Source of the DNA: Macrostomum lignano
Taxonomy: Eukaryota
Reading direction: 5' to 3'
Length of the DNA stretch: 64,000 bases
Assembly: GCA_002269645.1 (NCBI GenBank)
Contig: NIVC01001533.1
Coordinates: forward strand, 186,001 to 250,000
Shown here one piece after another: positions 49,001 through 60,899 of the stretch; position 1 is the stretch's first letter, and every line of letters starts with the position of its first letter. The notes under the pieces were generated by a model, which was not told where the DNA came from, did not search any database, and saw only the letters and a list, made by a program, of their open reading frames with translations. The position numbers and the translations under genes are program-made.

Positions 49001-52000
49001 AGATATAAAAGAAAAAAGAGGAAAGAGGAGAGAGGAGAAAGATGAGAGAAAAGAGATTAAAAAGGAGAGATAATAGGGAAGAGAAGAGAGGAGATAGAGG
49101 GGATAGCAAAGGAAAGAGAAAAGAAGAGGGGAGAGATGAGAGAAAAGATAAGAGATCCCAGAGAGGATATAGGAAATAGTAGAAAAAAGAATAGAGATAA
49201 GCAAGATGAGAGAGAAAAGAAAAGAATAAAGAATAGAGATAAGCAAGATGAGAGAGAAGAGAAAAGAATAAAGAATAGAGATAAGCAAGATAAGAGAGAA
49301 GAGAAAAGAATAAAGAGGATAAGAGAATGGGAAAAATAGAAAAGAGATGAAAGGAAAGATAGAAGAGAGGAGACAAAAAAGATAGAAGTTTCAGAGGAGC
49401 CAAAAGACATAGAGATGCAGAGGCAAAAGGCCAGAGTTTGCCTATACAGGCCTTAGACAGACATTGCCTGTCATTGTTACATTACCAAATTAAATCTCCT
49501 TTATTTTGGGGTCAGTCAAACAGTTTCCTTTATTTTACTTTCTCAAAATGTGCCAGCACCCTGCATTTTGTCTATATATTTCTTTATTACATTGACATAG
49601 ATTCCTACTTTTCTGGGCCTATAATCCTATATGTAGTAGGTGGTTGGCCTATATAAAGGAATTTTAGCAAGAGTTATTATAATTTATAGTATTGAGATAG
49701 AAGGCCTTTATGTTTAATAGATGTAATAGCAGCAAAAATTTGCTGCTTTGCACATTATGCATAGGCCTATTGGTGCATGACTAAGACCGCCACATACCAA
49801 GATTGCCATAATACTATTATTGGCTCCTAGTATTGAGGGGAGCTACTAATCTTCTAGCATTGCTATTCCTCTTATAAATTCCTCTCTTGCAGGCTTGTCC
49901 TGTTAGCTATCCAGTCCTATCCATTTATCTCTTCTTTAGCACCATTCAATAATACATTGAGCCAAATTCCTCTCTCAGCTCCTCAAGTGTGGCAGTCTTG
50001 GTCCTACACCAGCCTATTTATATTTAAAAAGCAGCACAAGATTGAGGGGCCTATGGAGGTGCAAAAAGGTAGTGTGACCATACTTAGGATCATGTCATGT
50101 ATGCTGGAAATTTCTGGCGCACATTTGGGACAGCTGGCATACACTTGGTGTACAAAATTTTTGAAAGGGTCTTCTGGCATACACCTTGGCATATATACAA
50201 TTGGCGCACCCTGCATGGCGCACACACATGGTACACACTGCATGGCGCACATGCATGGCGCACACTGGCTAGAAGAGACTGCGCCACGGCTACTACGAAA
50301 GACAAATCAAAGAATGTAAAGTATGTGAAGCGTGAAATTTTGCACAAAATTTAACAATGATTGTGCAAATATATTGTAATGACAATATACAACTGTTGCT
50401 TTATTTTAAATATTCTCTAAATCGTGTTTTATTTCTCCTTTTTATAATTTATTTTTGAAATTAAAATATAAATCTTCAAATCCTCAATTTATAATTTTTA
50501 CTTGCAATTACACAAACATTACAACTTACAATATATTGTGATTAGGATTTAGGACTGGCACACCTGGCGCACTTGTGCATTTTGCCTAGCATACCTGGCT
50601 TCTGGTGCACACATAGCATGATCCTGACTATGGGTGTAATAAACTTTGCCAACCCACTGGCTTAGTGAGCTGGCTAGCTTGGTGCACCCATCCCACCTTA
50701 GCTAGACAGAGATTGGGGGGTTTCAAGTATGGCTATATTGGTGCTTGCCAGTTGCATATAGGCCTATTCTGGCAAATTTCTTGAAATAATTCAACAAGTG
50801 CTCTAAGAAATCTAGGAATGGTTTTAGTGAACAAGTTTCTATAGTTCAAAAACAAGCTGCAAACAAGTTCAAAAAAGTTGCTCTCTCCTTATAATGTGCT
50901 TCTATTTATACTAAAAAATTACATATTGCCAAATACTTATAACAAATTTTACAACTTGAAAATATTTTGCATATTGTAACAAAAGGAATATTTATTTAAT
51001 GCTAATTTGAAAGCAACATTTCCTAGAAACATAATTAATAATCTAAAATGACTTTAAGTGATACTATTAATTAGGTATCATAAAATATTGTCTATAGATT
51101 CTAAAAACAAGTGGTTACATCTTTAAAATCTAAAATTCAGATTTCATGACTGAATGTCCACTTCTTGTGGAATTTCCCATATGTTTAATTATTATAATGT
51201 TAAATTGCTATTTGGCATTCACTATACATGACTATCAACAATCAAATGGTTTGTAATTTCAATTGGCACCTCCTAGACCTAGTTATTTTTGCATCACAGT
51301 TTTAGGCATATAATGCCAAATGACATGACGATTTCGACAAAAAAGTCCAATTGATGGAGCGACAGAAAAATATAATTAAATGTTTTTTGCACCCTCCCAA
51401 TTTGCTTTGCCACTCAAGCCACTGCGAGTTCTTGTCACCGGTGCCGCCGGCCAGATTGCCTACTCCCTGCTGTTCCCCATCGCCAATGGCGACGTGTTCG
51501 GCAAGGAGCAGCCTATTGTCCTGGTCATGCTCGACATCCCCCAGATGGTTGGCATCCTTGAGGGCGTCTGCATGGAGCTGCAGGATTGCGCTCTGCCTCT
51601 CCTCAAGGAGGTGATCGCCACCGACAAGGAGGAAGTGGCCTTCAAGGATCTGGATTACGCCCTGCTGGTTGGCGCCATGCCCCGCCGCGAGGGCATGGAG
51701 CGCAAAGATCTGCTCAAGGCCAACGTCAAGATCTTTCAATCGCAGGGTCGTGCGCTGGACCAGTATGCTAAGAAGACCTGCAAGGTGAGCGGGATTCTTT
51801 TACCCTAGCAACTAATTTTTACTATGCCATTTTCTGCACTGTGAACTATCCAGGTTGTGAAGAGAAACCCTACAGTGGAATTTCGTTTCTTAGAAAACAC
51901 ATCCCATCTCCATAGTGTATTTTTCGCGCACACCCAAGCGTCCGAAGGTTTTCTAAGAAACAAGATTACGGATCTGTCTACGTAAGTAATTTTCGATTAA

Positions 52001-54444
52001 ATCACGGCTAATTAAATTACTTGGGAACAAAATATAGAGCCCATATAACGCCGCAGACTATAATTTAGCGCCACAGGCTAGATTTTAGCGCCACAGGCTA
52101 GATTTTAGCGCCACAGGCTAGATTTTAGCGCCGCAGACTATAATTTAGCGCCACAGGCTAGATTTTAGCGCCACAGACTAGATTTTAGCGCCACAGGCTT
52201 GATTTTAGCGCCACACGCTAGATTTTAGCGCCACAGGCTTGATTTTAGCGCCACACGCTAGATTTTAGCGCCACAGGCTAGATTTTAGCGCCACAGGCTA
52301 GATTTTAGCGTACATGCTAGATTTTAGCGCTACAGGCTAGATTTTAGCGCCACAGGCTAGATTTTAGCGCTACAGTCTAGATTTTAGCGTCACAGACTAG
52401 ACTTAAGCGCCACAGGCTAAATTTTTAGCGCCAATTTAGCGCTTTAGATTGAAAACTTTAATGGTCAGATCTCTTTTGGAGGGGTCATGACCCTCTCCGG
52501 GCTACGCCAATGTTACCATTCCAAAATCTCGCAGGTGGTGGTTGTTGGCAACCCGGCCAACACCAACGCCCTGATCTGCAGCAAATTCGCGCCCAGCATC
52601 CCGGCTAAGAATTTCTCGGCCCTGACTAGGCTGGATCAGAACCGCGCCCGCGCCCAGATCGCCGCCTATTTGGGCCTGCCCTGCAACAGCGTCAGCCGCA
52701 CTGTCATCTGGGGCAACCATTCCAACACGCAGTTCCCCGACGCTAGCAACGGCGTTGTTCGCGGCCTCGACGGCGTCGAGAAGTCTGTCTATGACGCTGT
52801 GGCTAATGAGGAATGGCTGAAGGGCAAGTTTCTAACTACCGTGCAGCAGCGCGGCGCCGCCGTTATCAAGGTAAATCTATTATTTTATTGCATAGCAACT
52901 GCCTGTTTTAGGCGTATACTAAATACTATACCTCATACATGCGCAACAGTCGGCCGATCCGGCCGACCGATTTGGCGGCCAACCAAGGAAGTCGCAAAAA
53001 TGCCCACCCAAAAAAACACCAAAGTAGTAGTACTAAGTAGCTGACGAGGCATTGCGGCTTAATAAGACAGTCATAGTTACTCCTGCCGTTTACCCAAAGT
53101 TGCGTTAATTTTGCTTTTGGGTTTTTTACATGTAAGTCGCATTTTGGCCAAAAACTACGTCGCATTTTTGTTAAAACTAAGTCGCACGGCCGACCGAATT
53201 TTGGAGGTTGCGCATGTATGCTATACCTCAACTACATACATAGACTCCGTTACTCAATAGCGTGTCTCTATAATACTTTCAGTAGCTCTCTAAAGTTTCA
53301 GAGTCTAGCTGTCATTGCTAAGTCGACGAAAAGAAACGTGCATAGAGTAGATAAAAACGGAGCATCTCAATTCATGCGGGTTTTTCGTAGTTTAGCGTCA
53401 AACTGTGAATAGTTGATCGACTTTTCAGTGATTCAGTTTGCAAAATTTATAGGTTACGCTAAGACCATGTACCCTGTTTTATCTTTAAGACTAGTTTACA
53501 GAAAACTCTAGTAATATTCAGCTTTTAGTTTCCCCTAAGAAATTAGGCTGACGTTATCTTTTTTCTTGTCTGCGTTGTTTCTCTTAAGATAACTGTTTTA
53601 GTGGTAACACCGCTTCTTCGGTTTAATCTTTGATAGTGTATGTGTGTGTGTGTGCATTGCATGTTTCAGTATGATTTCGCATGTCCTAGCTCTGACGGTC
53701 AACTTTTAAACTCTTAAATAAGCCTTGAAAAGACCGATTGTTGTAGCTTTCCAGCCAAGAAGGAAGCCTTTTGTCTATACGAAGGCTTTGACTGTACAAT
53801 ACATTGTTACTTATGTTGCATATGATTGATCAGCTGGTTGCTCACCATACTACTCTGGGAAAGGCTCTGGAAGAACACAAGCTTGTCTCGCGCTCAGTAA
53901 CTAAGGCGTTTTTGTTTAGGCTGTGTGCGCCCTGGCGGCATTACTGCCCATTCCGCCGACTCCCCTGAACAGGCACACACGTATGCAGTCATACGCATAG
54001 CCTCAGGAGTGTACAGCTGCTTCCTAACTTTATTTATCGGAAAATTTATTTGGCTGCACTGGGAATCGAGCCTTGACCGCTGGCACATCAGAGCGCCGCG
54101 CCAGACTACTGGCCCCCTAATTAATAAATTACTATATTGTTATTTCTCAGGCCCGCAAGCTCAGCAGCGCCATGTCGGCCGCCAAAGCTATCTGCGACCA
54201 CGCCCGCGACTGGCATTTCGGCACGCCGGCCAGCGACTTCGTTAGCATGGCCGTCATCTCCGACGGAAACGGCTACGGTGTGCAGAATAACCTGATGTAC
54301 AGCTTCCCGCTGACTATTAGCAACGGCGAGTGGCGCATCGTTGAGGGCTTGAATCTCAACGACTGGGCTAAGGAGAAGCTGAAGGCTACGGAGGCTGAGC
54401 TGATCGAGGAGCGTGACACCGCGCTCAGCGTGTGCGAGGCTTGA
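46010..54444 (+). CDS. MDH1: Cytosolic malate dehydrogenase, 334 aa; exons 46010-46018, 51419-51784, 52535-52870, 54151-54444
   Basis: MAQ|[18 protein letters not shown]...[60 protein letters not shown]|[24 protein letters not shown]; all introns phase 0 and GT-AG. Exon 1 is assigned from ATGGCTCAG|gtatgt and the expected length. Confidence 0.95.
47075..47778. repeat. 178-bp tandem satellite, about 4 near-identical units, in MDH1 intron 1
   Basis: GAAAATTGCA recurs at 47091, 47269, 47447 and 47625. Confidence 0.95.
48790..49430. repeat. Aperiodic polypurine (GA-rich) tract with an internal 40-bp triplication
   Basis: Almost pure A/G; AAAAGAATAAAGAATAGAGATAAGCAAGATGAGAGAG is repeated at about 49180-49310. 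Confidence 0.85.
52048..52435. repeat. 20-bp minisatellite AGCGCCACAGGCTAGATTTT, about 19 copies, in MDH1 intron 2
   Basis: Direct inspection; a hAT-like end GGGCTACGCCAATG follows at 52499-52512. Confidence 0.93.
52934..53220. mobile_element. hAT-type MITE (CATACATGCGCAAC family), in MDH1 intron 3
   Basis: Perfect 14-bp TIRs CATACATGCGCAAC / GTTGCGCATGTATG; perfect TSD CTATACCT. Confidence 0.92.
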
Positions 54445-55889
54445 ACTATCTTCTAGCTGTTGTTGGCTGAATGTCAACTAGGATTGAGACTAAGACAATG
54501 CCCCTCCCCTAGTAAACTGTTCTGTCGTGTGTCCTTAGTTGTCTCCCCTCTAGGTACATGCATTATACTCGTAATAAATAGGAAATTGGTGTTCCGAAAT
54601 TCTCTTAAGTGTATTTCAATTTGGCTGCAACTGAAGCTCTCTTTGTCGCGTCGGTCGGAACAGCCGGTTCCTCCCATTGCCCAGCGGCAGTAGTGGGTTA
54701 GCTTTTAATTAGCTCTTGGTTGTCGCGATTGTTCAGATTGCTTCAACACAGTTTAAATTTAACTTGGTAGTGTGGCATCGTTTAGTTTAGACTGACTGCA
54801 TATGTATTGATTATATTTAACTCCCCAGAATTGCCTAGTAGATAGACTGTGTTTCCATCCTTTGTTACTCGCTTAATAACAGTTGAAGCAAATCGTTATC
54901 TGAAGATCTGCTTCTATCCACCACAATAATATAATATTCTTTTTCAATAGTTAATGCACTATAATGCTATTATTTCTTAATTCAAGAATAACCCCGTGAC
55001 ACTGGTAGTTTCCCTAATGTGTTTTTAGTTTCTACCAGTTTAATAGCCTATGAAGCTCAATTTTTAATTAGCACTATAGAATCTTTGTTCTGCAACTCCA
55101 AGTCCCAGACTAAAATTGTGCATCTAATGAGCTATTGCTATAGGAAAAATAAATCTTGAAAGTTAGAAAAAACGTAGTGTTTCGTTCGAGTCTTATTAGT
55201 TGCCCCTAAATGTGATTAATAACCGTTCATTGTTACAATTTTCTTTTCCGCGTGCGGAATAAAAACATGCTGATGCTGAGCGCATTCGTCCTTCGCATCG
55301 CGTAAGTCCGGATCACATCTAGATGCTACAATACTAAGTAATCAAGTATCGCGACTTATTGCACCTGCAGTTTAATGGTCCTAAAGTTATTGGGGTGATA
55401 TAGCCAGTTATATCATCTATCGTTAGTCACATAGCCAGCCAGACGGTTGATTCTTGATGGGGCAAGCCCAGGGCGCCAGCATCAAAGAGCGTTACAGCTG
55501 CTCATTGATCATTAAGATCTATGATTTCTTTTAAAAGCAGTATTGTTTGAACAATTGCAACTACTCTTTCGTTTGAATACATCGTTACTTGCATTAAGAA
55601 AATGTAGAACCGGAACTGAATTCGTTACACACTTGCTTGTACGTGTGGTCAATAAAGTATTAAACCCGAAAATACAAAGCAATGGCGTTTAGTTAATCAG
55701 AAATATGTTTATAATTTGTTTAATATTATAATTTTATTATAACCGTTTTTGTTTTTAAAAGGCCGTAACGAGTTTTTAAATAACGTCAAGTCTTAAATTT
55801 CAAGTCGCGCGGCGGTGAGGTCCCACAAACGCATTGTGTAGTTTTTTTGTGTTTTAGTATATTTTTTTAATTGTTGCTCAAGACATATC

Positions 55890-55899
55890 TTATTTTTAG
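55890..55899 (+). promoter_or_regulatory. Splice-acceptor-like site 13 nt upstream of the ATAD3 ATG (candidate SL trans-splice site or 5'UTR intron end)
   Basis: TTATTTTTAG|TGAAATTTTTGGAATG. Confidence 0.4.
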
Positions 55900-55912
55900 T
55901 GAAATTTTTGGA

Positions 55913-56105
55913 ATGTCTTGGATTTTTGGTGGTGGATCTAAACCGCCACAGGGGAGCAACAATGCACCTCAACAACAAAATGCACAGAACCAAGGCCAAG
56001 GAGCAAAGTCGTCCAAAACAACAATACCAACTGATAGTGGTTACAGTTTTGATTCTGAGGCTTTGGAAAGAGCGGCTAAGGCAGCTAAAGAATTGGAACA
56101 CTCTA
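55913..56105 (+). CDS. ATAD3: ATPase family AAA domain-containing protein 3, exon 1; no further exons recognised in the window
   Basis: MSWIFGGG...YSFDSEALERAAKAAKELEHS matches the ATAD3 N-terminus (MSWLFG...FDPTGLERAAKAARELEHS); donor A|gtaagt. Confidence 0.88.
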
Positions 56106-56647
56106 GTAAGTTTTTAGCTTTTGATTTGTTTGACAATGTAATGTAACTTTGTAAAAGACACTAGGCCTATTGCCATTGGTCCTTAGGGTGTCTAGCTCTA
56201 GAGTCTAGCTTACTAAACTCTACTAAACTCTTGAATTTTATATGCATTCTAATTTCTATACTTAGAGGCAAGCTATCTATTTTCCATTTATTCTTATAAT
56301 TTTGTTAGTTGTGGCTTCAAAAAGTTTTTATTTGTATATTGTTATTGTCCTAAATTAATTTTGTCTTATATAATTTAGGCCCTATGCTTTTCTTTAGATG
56401 TTATAATTGGAAGTGCTTATCCCAATGGTCCCGTGCCGATAATTCCAATTTTATCCACATGGAACTGTGTCAATAATTTTCAGCTTATCCCCATAGCTAA
56501 GATTGTGCAGTTGTTTGTGTTTAGTTTTGTGTACTGATATTAAATCAATATTGTCATTATTATTAGCAATATTATCATTATTACTATATAAAGTTATTTT
56601 GCAAGTTGAATTTTGCAAGTCTCATTCGCCTTGATCTTTAGGTCGTT

Positions 56648-56825
56648 CAGGGGTGGACTGAGGGGGGAGGGCAAGGGAGCCATGGGATGGCCCCCCCTCA
56701 GCTCTGCCACAAAATCCTCAGATGTATTGGTATCATGCTGTATTGGTATCATGGTACCCTAATTGCAGCTTTGGCCTAACTAGACAAGAGGCTTGCCCCT
56801 CAATAAAATCCTGGGTCCATCCTTG
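56648..56825. mobile_element. Small hAT-type MITE
   Basis: TIRs CAGGGGTGGAC / GTCCATCCTTG (9/11); TSD AGGTCGTT / AGGTCATT. Confidence 0.75.
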
Positions 56826-58112
56826 AGGTCATTTAGTTGTTCTAAGTAAAATTGGCAGCTAAGCAAACATACATGCGCAACTTCTGAAATTACGCTGGCC
56901 GTGCGACTTAGTTTTCGATAAAAAAAATGCGACTTACCTATAAAAGAGCCAAGCAAAAACTTTAGGTAAACGGCAGAAGTAACTATGACCATATTTTTAA
57001 AGCTAAATGCCTCGCCAGCTAATTAGTGCTGCGTGCAGATTCCGCGTTTTTATAACAGCTAATCAGTATGTCATCTAGTGGCGGCATGAAGCAATTAGTA
57101 AATTGTCAGTACAGTGTAGTGAGCATACTACAAAAGTCATGATTCATGAATGTCCAGAAGTAAGTGAAGTGAATACAGTGTGACCTATAGCTCAAGAACG
57201 ATTTGCTAGACGATTTGGCATGGAAGATGAGAGCCCTGATTCAGATGGCTCATCAGATGCAGAATACGAATCCAGTAGAGATACAAGCTGTGAAAACCCA
57301 CAGATTTTTAAACCACTGAATTCTAATTCCCGGAACTATTTTTGCATAGATTCTAAATTTGAAGTCATGCTCAAACAAAAACTTGTTAACAGTTAGGAAA
57401 AAGGCAAAGATGGGAGAAATGCATGTTAAACTAAGAGTTGAGGCCTTTGCAAATTCTCTCCATTCCTCAATCTTCTCATCCTCTTTTTCTTTTCTCTCTC
57501 ATCCCTTATCCCTTCTCTCTTTCCTCTCCTCTCTCCTCTCCTCTCCTATCTCTTCTGTCTCCTCTCTATTTTCTTATCTCTCCTCTTGTCTCTCTCCATT
57601 CTACTCTACTCTCTCATCTTATCTCTCCTCTCTTTTCTACTCTCTCATCTCTCCTCTCTTCACTCTCCTCTCATCTCCTCTTTATCCTCTCTTCTCTCAT
57701 CTACTCTCTCCTTTTTCCTCTTTCCTCTCTTCTGATCTCATCCATCATCTTTTCTTTCCTCTTTCCTCTTATCTCCTCTTCTCTCTCATCTCTTTTTCCT
57801 CCCTCAGCTTTTCTCTCCTCTTCTATCTTTTCTCCCATCGCATCGCTCGCCTCTCCTCTGCTTATCTCTAATCTTCTATTCCCTCTACTTTGAAGTAAGA
57901 AAATATGCACATATTTTTGCTGAAGATAAGAGGAGAGAAGAGGGCATTGAGGAGAAAGGGTAGAGAGAAAGGGGGAGAAGAGAGGAGAGTAAAAATGAGA
58001 GGAGAGAGAAGAGGGAAAAGGGGGGAGAGAGAGAAGAGGGGAGGCAAGGTAGAGAAGAAGAGAGAGATGAGAGTTGAAGAGACACCAACCTAAGTAATGT
58101 TACCAACCTTAA

Positions 58113-58940
58113 GAAAGTAGTGTTACTTTTGCTTGGTGTGGACGTATGGACAGTCACACTTGCATGTGCTTGGTGTCATTTGAAAGCGGCAAGTCTCTTC
58201 TTTAAAATGACACCAATTGCAAGAGATTTGAATCCGCGCTTCAAGAGACATGGACGATTAAGTAGAGAAAGGTCAGTCATAGACTCACAGAACCCCAAAA
58301 ATGTCAACAGAAAACTTTTATCACGAGCGTAATTACTCCAGAAAAAACAAAAAACACAACAGTACAGTACAGAAGCAGGTGAAACAGATAACAAGCAAAT
58401 TATCACACAAGCGAACAACATTAAAATCATTCATTGGTTGGCAGACTTGTCATCTTGCTGACAGCATGGTCGCCATGAGCTGTGCAAAGTTGCCTGTGGA
58501 TGTCAGCCGATTTGGTTCCGGAGCTCCAAAGTGTAAAGATGGCATGTCGCTGCCCAGTCTTTGAATGCACATCCATTTGCAGTTCACAATTGAAAATTGA
58601 ATGTCAATAAACTTTGCAGGCGCAGCAGAAGCAGTTGTACAAGTCTCGTAGTTTTATGAGACAGCCCCTCTCGTTCACTGCATCACATTTGGCCATAGAC
58701 AGCCCATGATTACAAAAAAATCGATAAAATCGTAAAAGTTTTCTGTTGACATTTTTGAGGTTCTGTAAGTCTATGACTGACCTTTCTCTACTTAATCGTC
58801 CATATCTCTTGAAGCACAGATTCAAATCTCTTGCAATTGGTGTCATTTTAAAGAAGAGACTTGCCGCTTTCAAATGACACTAAGCACATGCAAGTGTGAC
58901 TTTCCATACGTCCACGCCAAGCAAAAGTAACACTACTTTC
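58113..58940 (-). mobile_element. Internally deleted mariner-like element with about 210-bp inverted arms and a transposase N-terminal remnant
   Basis: Arms 58113-58322 / 58733-58940 are near-identical inverted copies. 58576-58440 (minus) reads MDVHSKTGQRHAIFTLWSSGTKSADIHRQLCTAHGDHAVSKMT, resembling the first HTH of mariner transposases. Confidence 0.8.
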
Positions 58941-59031
58941 CGGACGCCCCTCGTGGTCAGGAAGTTTCAAAGAACCCGAGGGGCAAGGGCCAGATAGAGG
59001 GGCTTCGCGAGCCGGAGTTTGCCAACCCCTG
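58941..59031. mobile_element. Right end of the GA-rich hAT MITE family
   Basis: GAAGTTTCAAAGAACCCGAGGG..GGCTTCGCGAGCCGGAGTTTGCCAACCCCTG matches 2457-2519. Confidence 0.75.
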
Positions 59032-59139
59032 CTCCAGAGTTTAAGAAATCAATGGGAAACTGTTGATGCGGGCTTCTGATTTCAAAGATCTTGTCTGTTG
59101 TTGAAGGCTTCTATTCTGTTTTTGCTCTCCTGCCACACT

Positions 59140-59575
59140 TGCACCTACTACCCCCCTGATTGCCTTTGATTGTGACTTACTTCCCTCTTATTGCGACTTA
59201 GTTGCTTCTTTTTGCGACTTACCTAACCCTTTTGCGACTTACCTAATCCTTTTTGTGACTTACCTAACCCTTTTGCGACTTACCTAATCCTTTTGCGACT
59301 TACCTGATCCTTTTTGCGACTTACCTGATCCTTTTTGCGACTTACCTGATCCTTTTTGCGACTTACCTAATCCTTTTGCGACTTACCTGATCCTTTTTGC
59401 GACTTACCTAACCCTTTTGCGACTTACCTGATCCTTTTTGCGACTTACCTGATCCTTTTTGCGACTTACCTAACCCTTTTGCGACTTACCTGATCCTTTT
59501 TGCGACTTACCTAACCCTTTTGCGACTTACCTGATCCTTTTTGCGACTTACCTGATTATTTTTACAACTTAGTTT
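59140..59575. repeat. 22/23-bp minisatellite TTTTGCGACTTACCTGATCCT(T), expanded from the hAT subterminal motif
   Basis: About 18 copies inside the 56868-59766 element. Confidence 0.92.
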
Positions 59576-60899
59576 GCTTCTTTTGCGAATTGTTTTTCTT
59601 TTGCTTCACGATTTTCCCTGAACTGCTCTTTTTTCGCTTTCCTCTTGCCTTTCTTGGTTCTTGTGTTTTTCTGTTTTTGGTTGACTCAATTTTGCGACTT
59701 ACCCCTGGTCAGCCACGATTTACAGTGGCCGGATCGGCCAGGTCGGCCAGCAGTTGCGCATGTATGTAAGCAAATATTTAAAATTAACCCTTTTAATGAT
59801 GAAAAGTTTTAACAAAGTACTCAATACTATTCAGTATTTAATACATGTAGTTTATTTAGAAGATTTGTAAAATAGTGAAAACAAAAAGACAATTTTTGAA
59901 CAGATTCATTTTAAGGTTCTTTATTTTAATAAGTTGTTGTAGGGATAAGCTAGAAATTATCAACATAGATCTGTGTGGATAATATTGGAATTATTGGCAT
60001 GGGGCCGTAGATCTTGGGATTTTCAGACTTTATATTTGAGCTTATAGGTATGCTATAATCATTGATATACAACTCTGGATCTAGATTGTGTAATAGTATA
60101 TGCTGGAACAAGAATCCTATCTTAGCTAAATATATGCCAATATATGCTGAAACAAAAAAAATCCCTAAAATGTATGCCAAAAATTTCTCCTGAAAAGGTC
60201 ATTTGATTTTCACAAATGGAAGTTTCCTAAGAAAGGCTTTTGTACAAAAAGTCTTTAAAATATTACAAATATTTTCATTTTAAACAAATTTAAATTAAAC
60301 CTATAAAAATGGTAATGCAAAATTTATGTTTTAGCAATCATTTATACAATTCCATACTCTCTTGGCTATGGCTAGTGTCAGTGTCGGTTCTGTCTTTAGT
60401 TTTTTATTTTCAATCTTTACAAAGCAAAGTTTATTACTGACTTTCTAGACCATACAAATTTTCCTTTATTTTATGTAAAAACATTAATTTACCTTATAAT
60501 TTTCATGCATGACATGAATGTATTCACCAAAATTAGTACCACAAAAAATTGGCATGAAATTGTGCACCAATTTTTAAAAGGGTCATTTGTATGCTGGAAT
60601 TTTCTGGCGTAATGTAACCTTCCAGAGTCTGGTATACAACTTATGTTCTATAGGGCTCTCTCATAAGTAAATGATGGCTTAGAGGATATATCAGTTGCCT
60701 TATGGTTGCATATAACAAGATTCAAATCCTAGATGGCTGCAGTTTTTTTAATTTGAATTTTTTTAATGAATAGAATTTTTGCATCTTGAACTTTTTAAGT
60801 TTTTTAATTAAAATACTAAATAATAAATTAAATTACATTAATTTTTTAATTAGAGTAATAATAAATCTTAAAGAGTGGCCATAATTATATATATAGCAA

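Larger units (their letters stand above)
56868..59766. mobile_element. 2.9-kb non-autonomous hAT element of the CATACATGCGCAAC family carrying nested insertions
   Basis: Perfect 14-bp TIRs; perfect TSD TAAGCAAA (56860-56867, 59767-59774); subterminal GCGACTTA motifs. Confidence 0.9.

Noticed and set aside
48720-49410. Hydrophobic membrane-protein-like ORFs (also 2178-2474, 32005-32685, 57359-58157, 62021-62281)
   Set aside because: Leu/Ser/Phe-rich translations of polypyrimidine strands with no domain signal.
54442-54456. Stop-codon readthrough giving a peroxisomal MDH1x as in vertebrates
   Set aside because: The context is TGA ACT, not TGA CTA, and the extension (xTIF*) has no PTS1.
57190-57400. 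Acidic peptide (MEDESPDSDGSSDAEYES) resembling a piggyBac or hAT transposase N-terminus
   Set aside because: Too short and low-complexity, with no catalytic motifs or TTAA/CCC termini to support a call.
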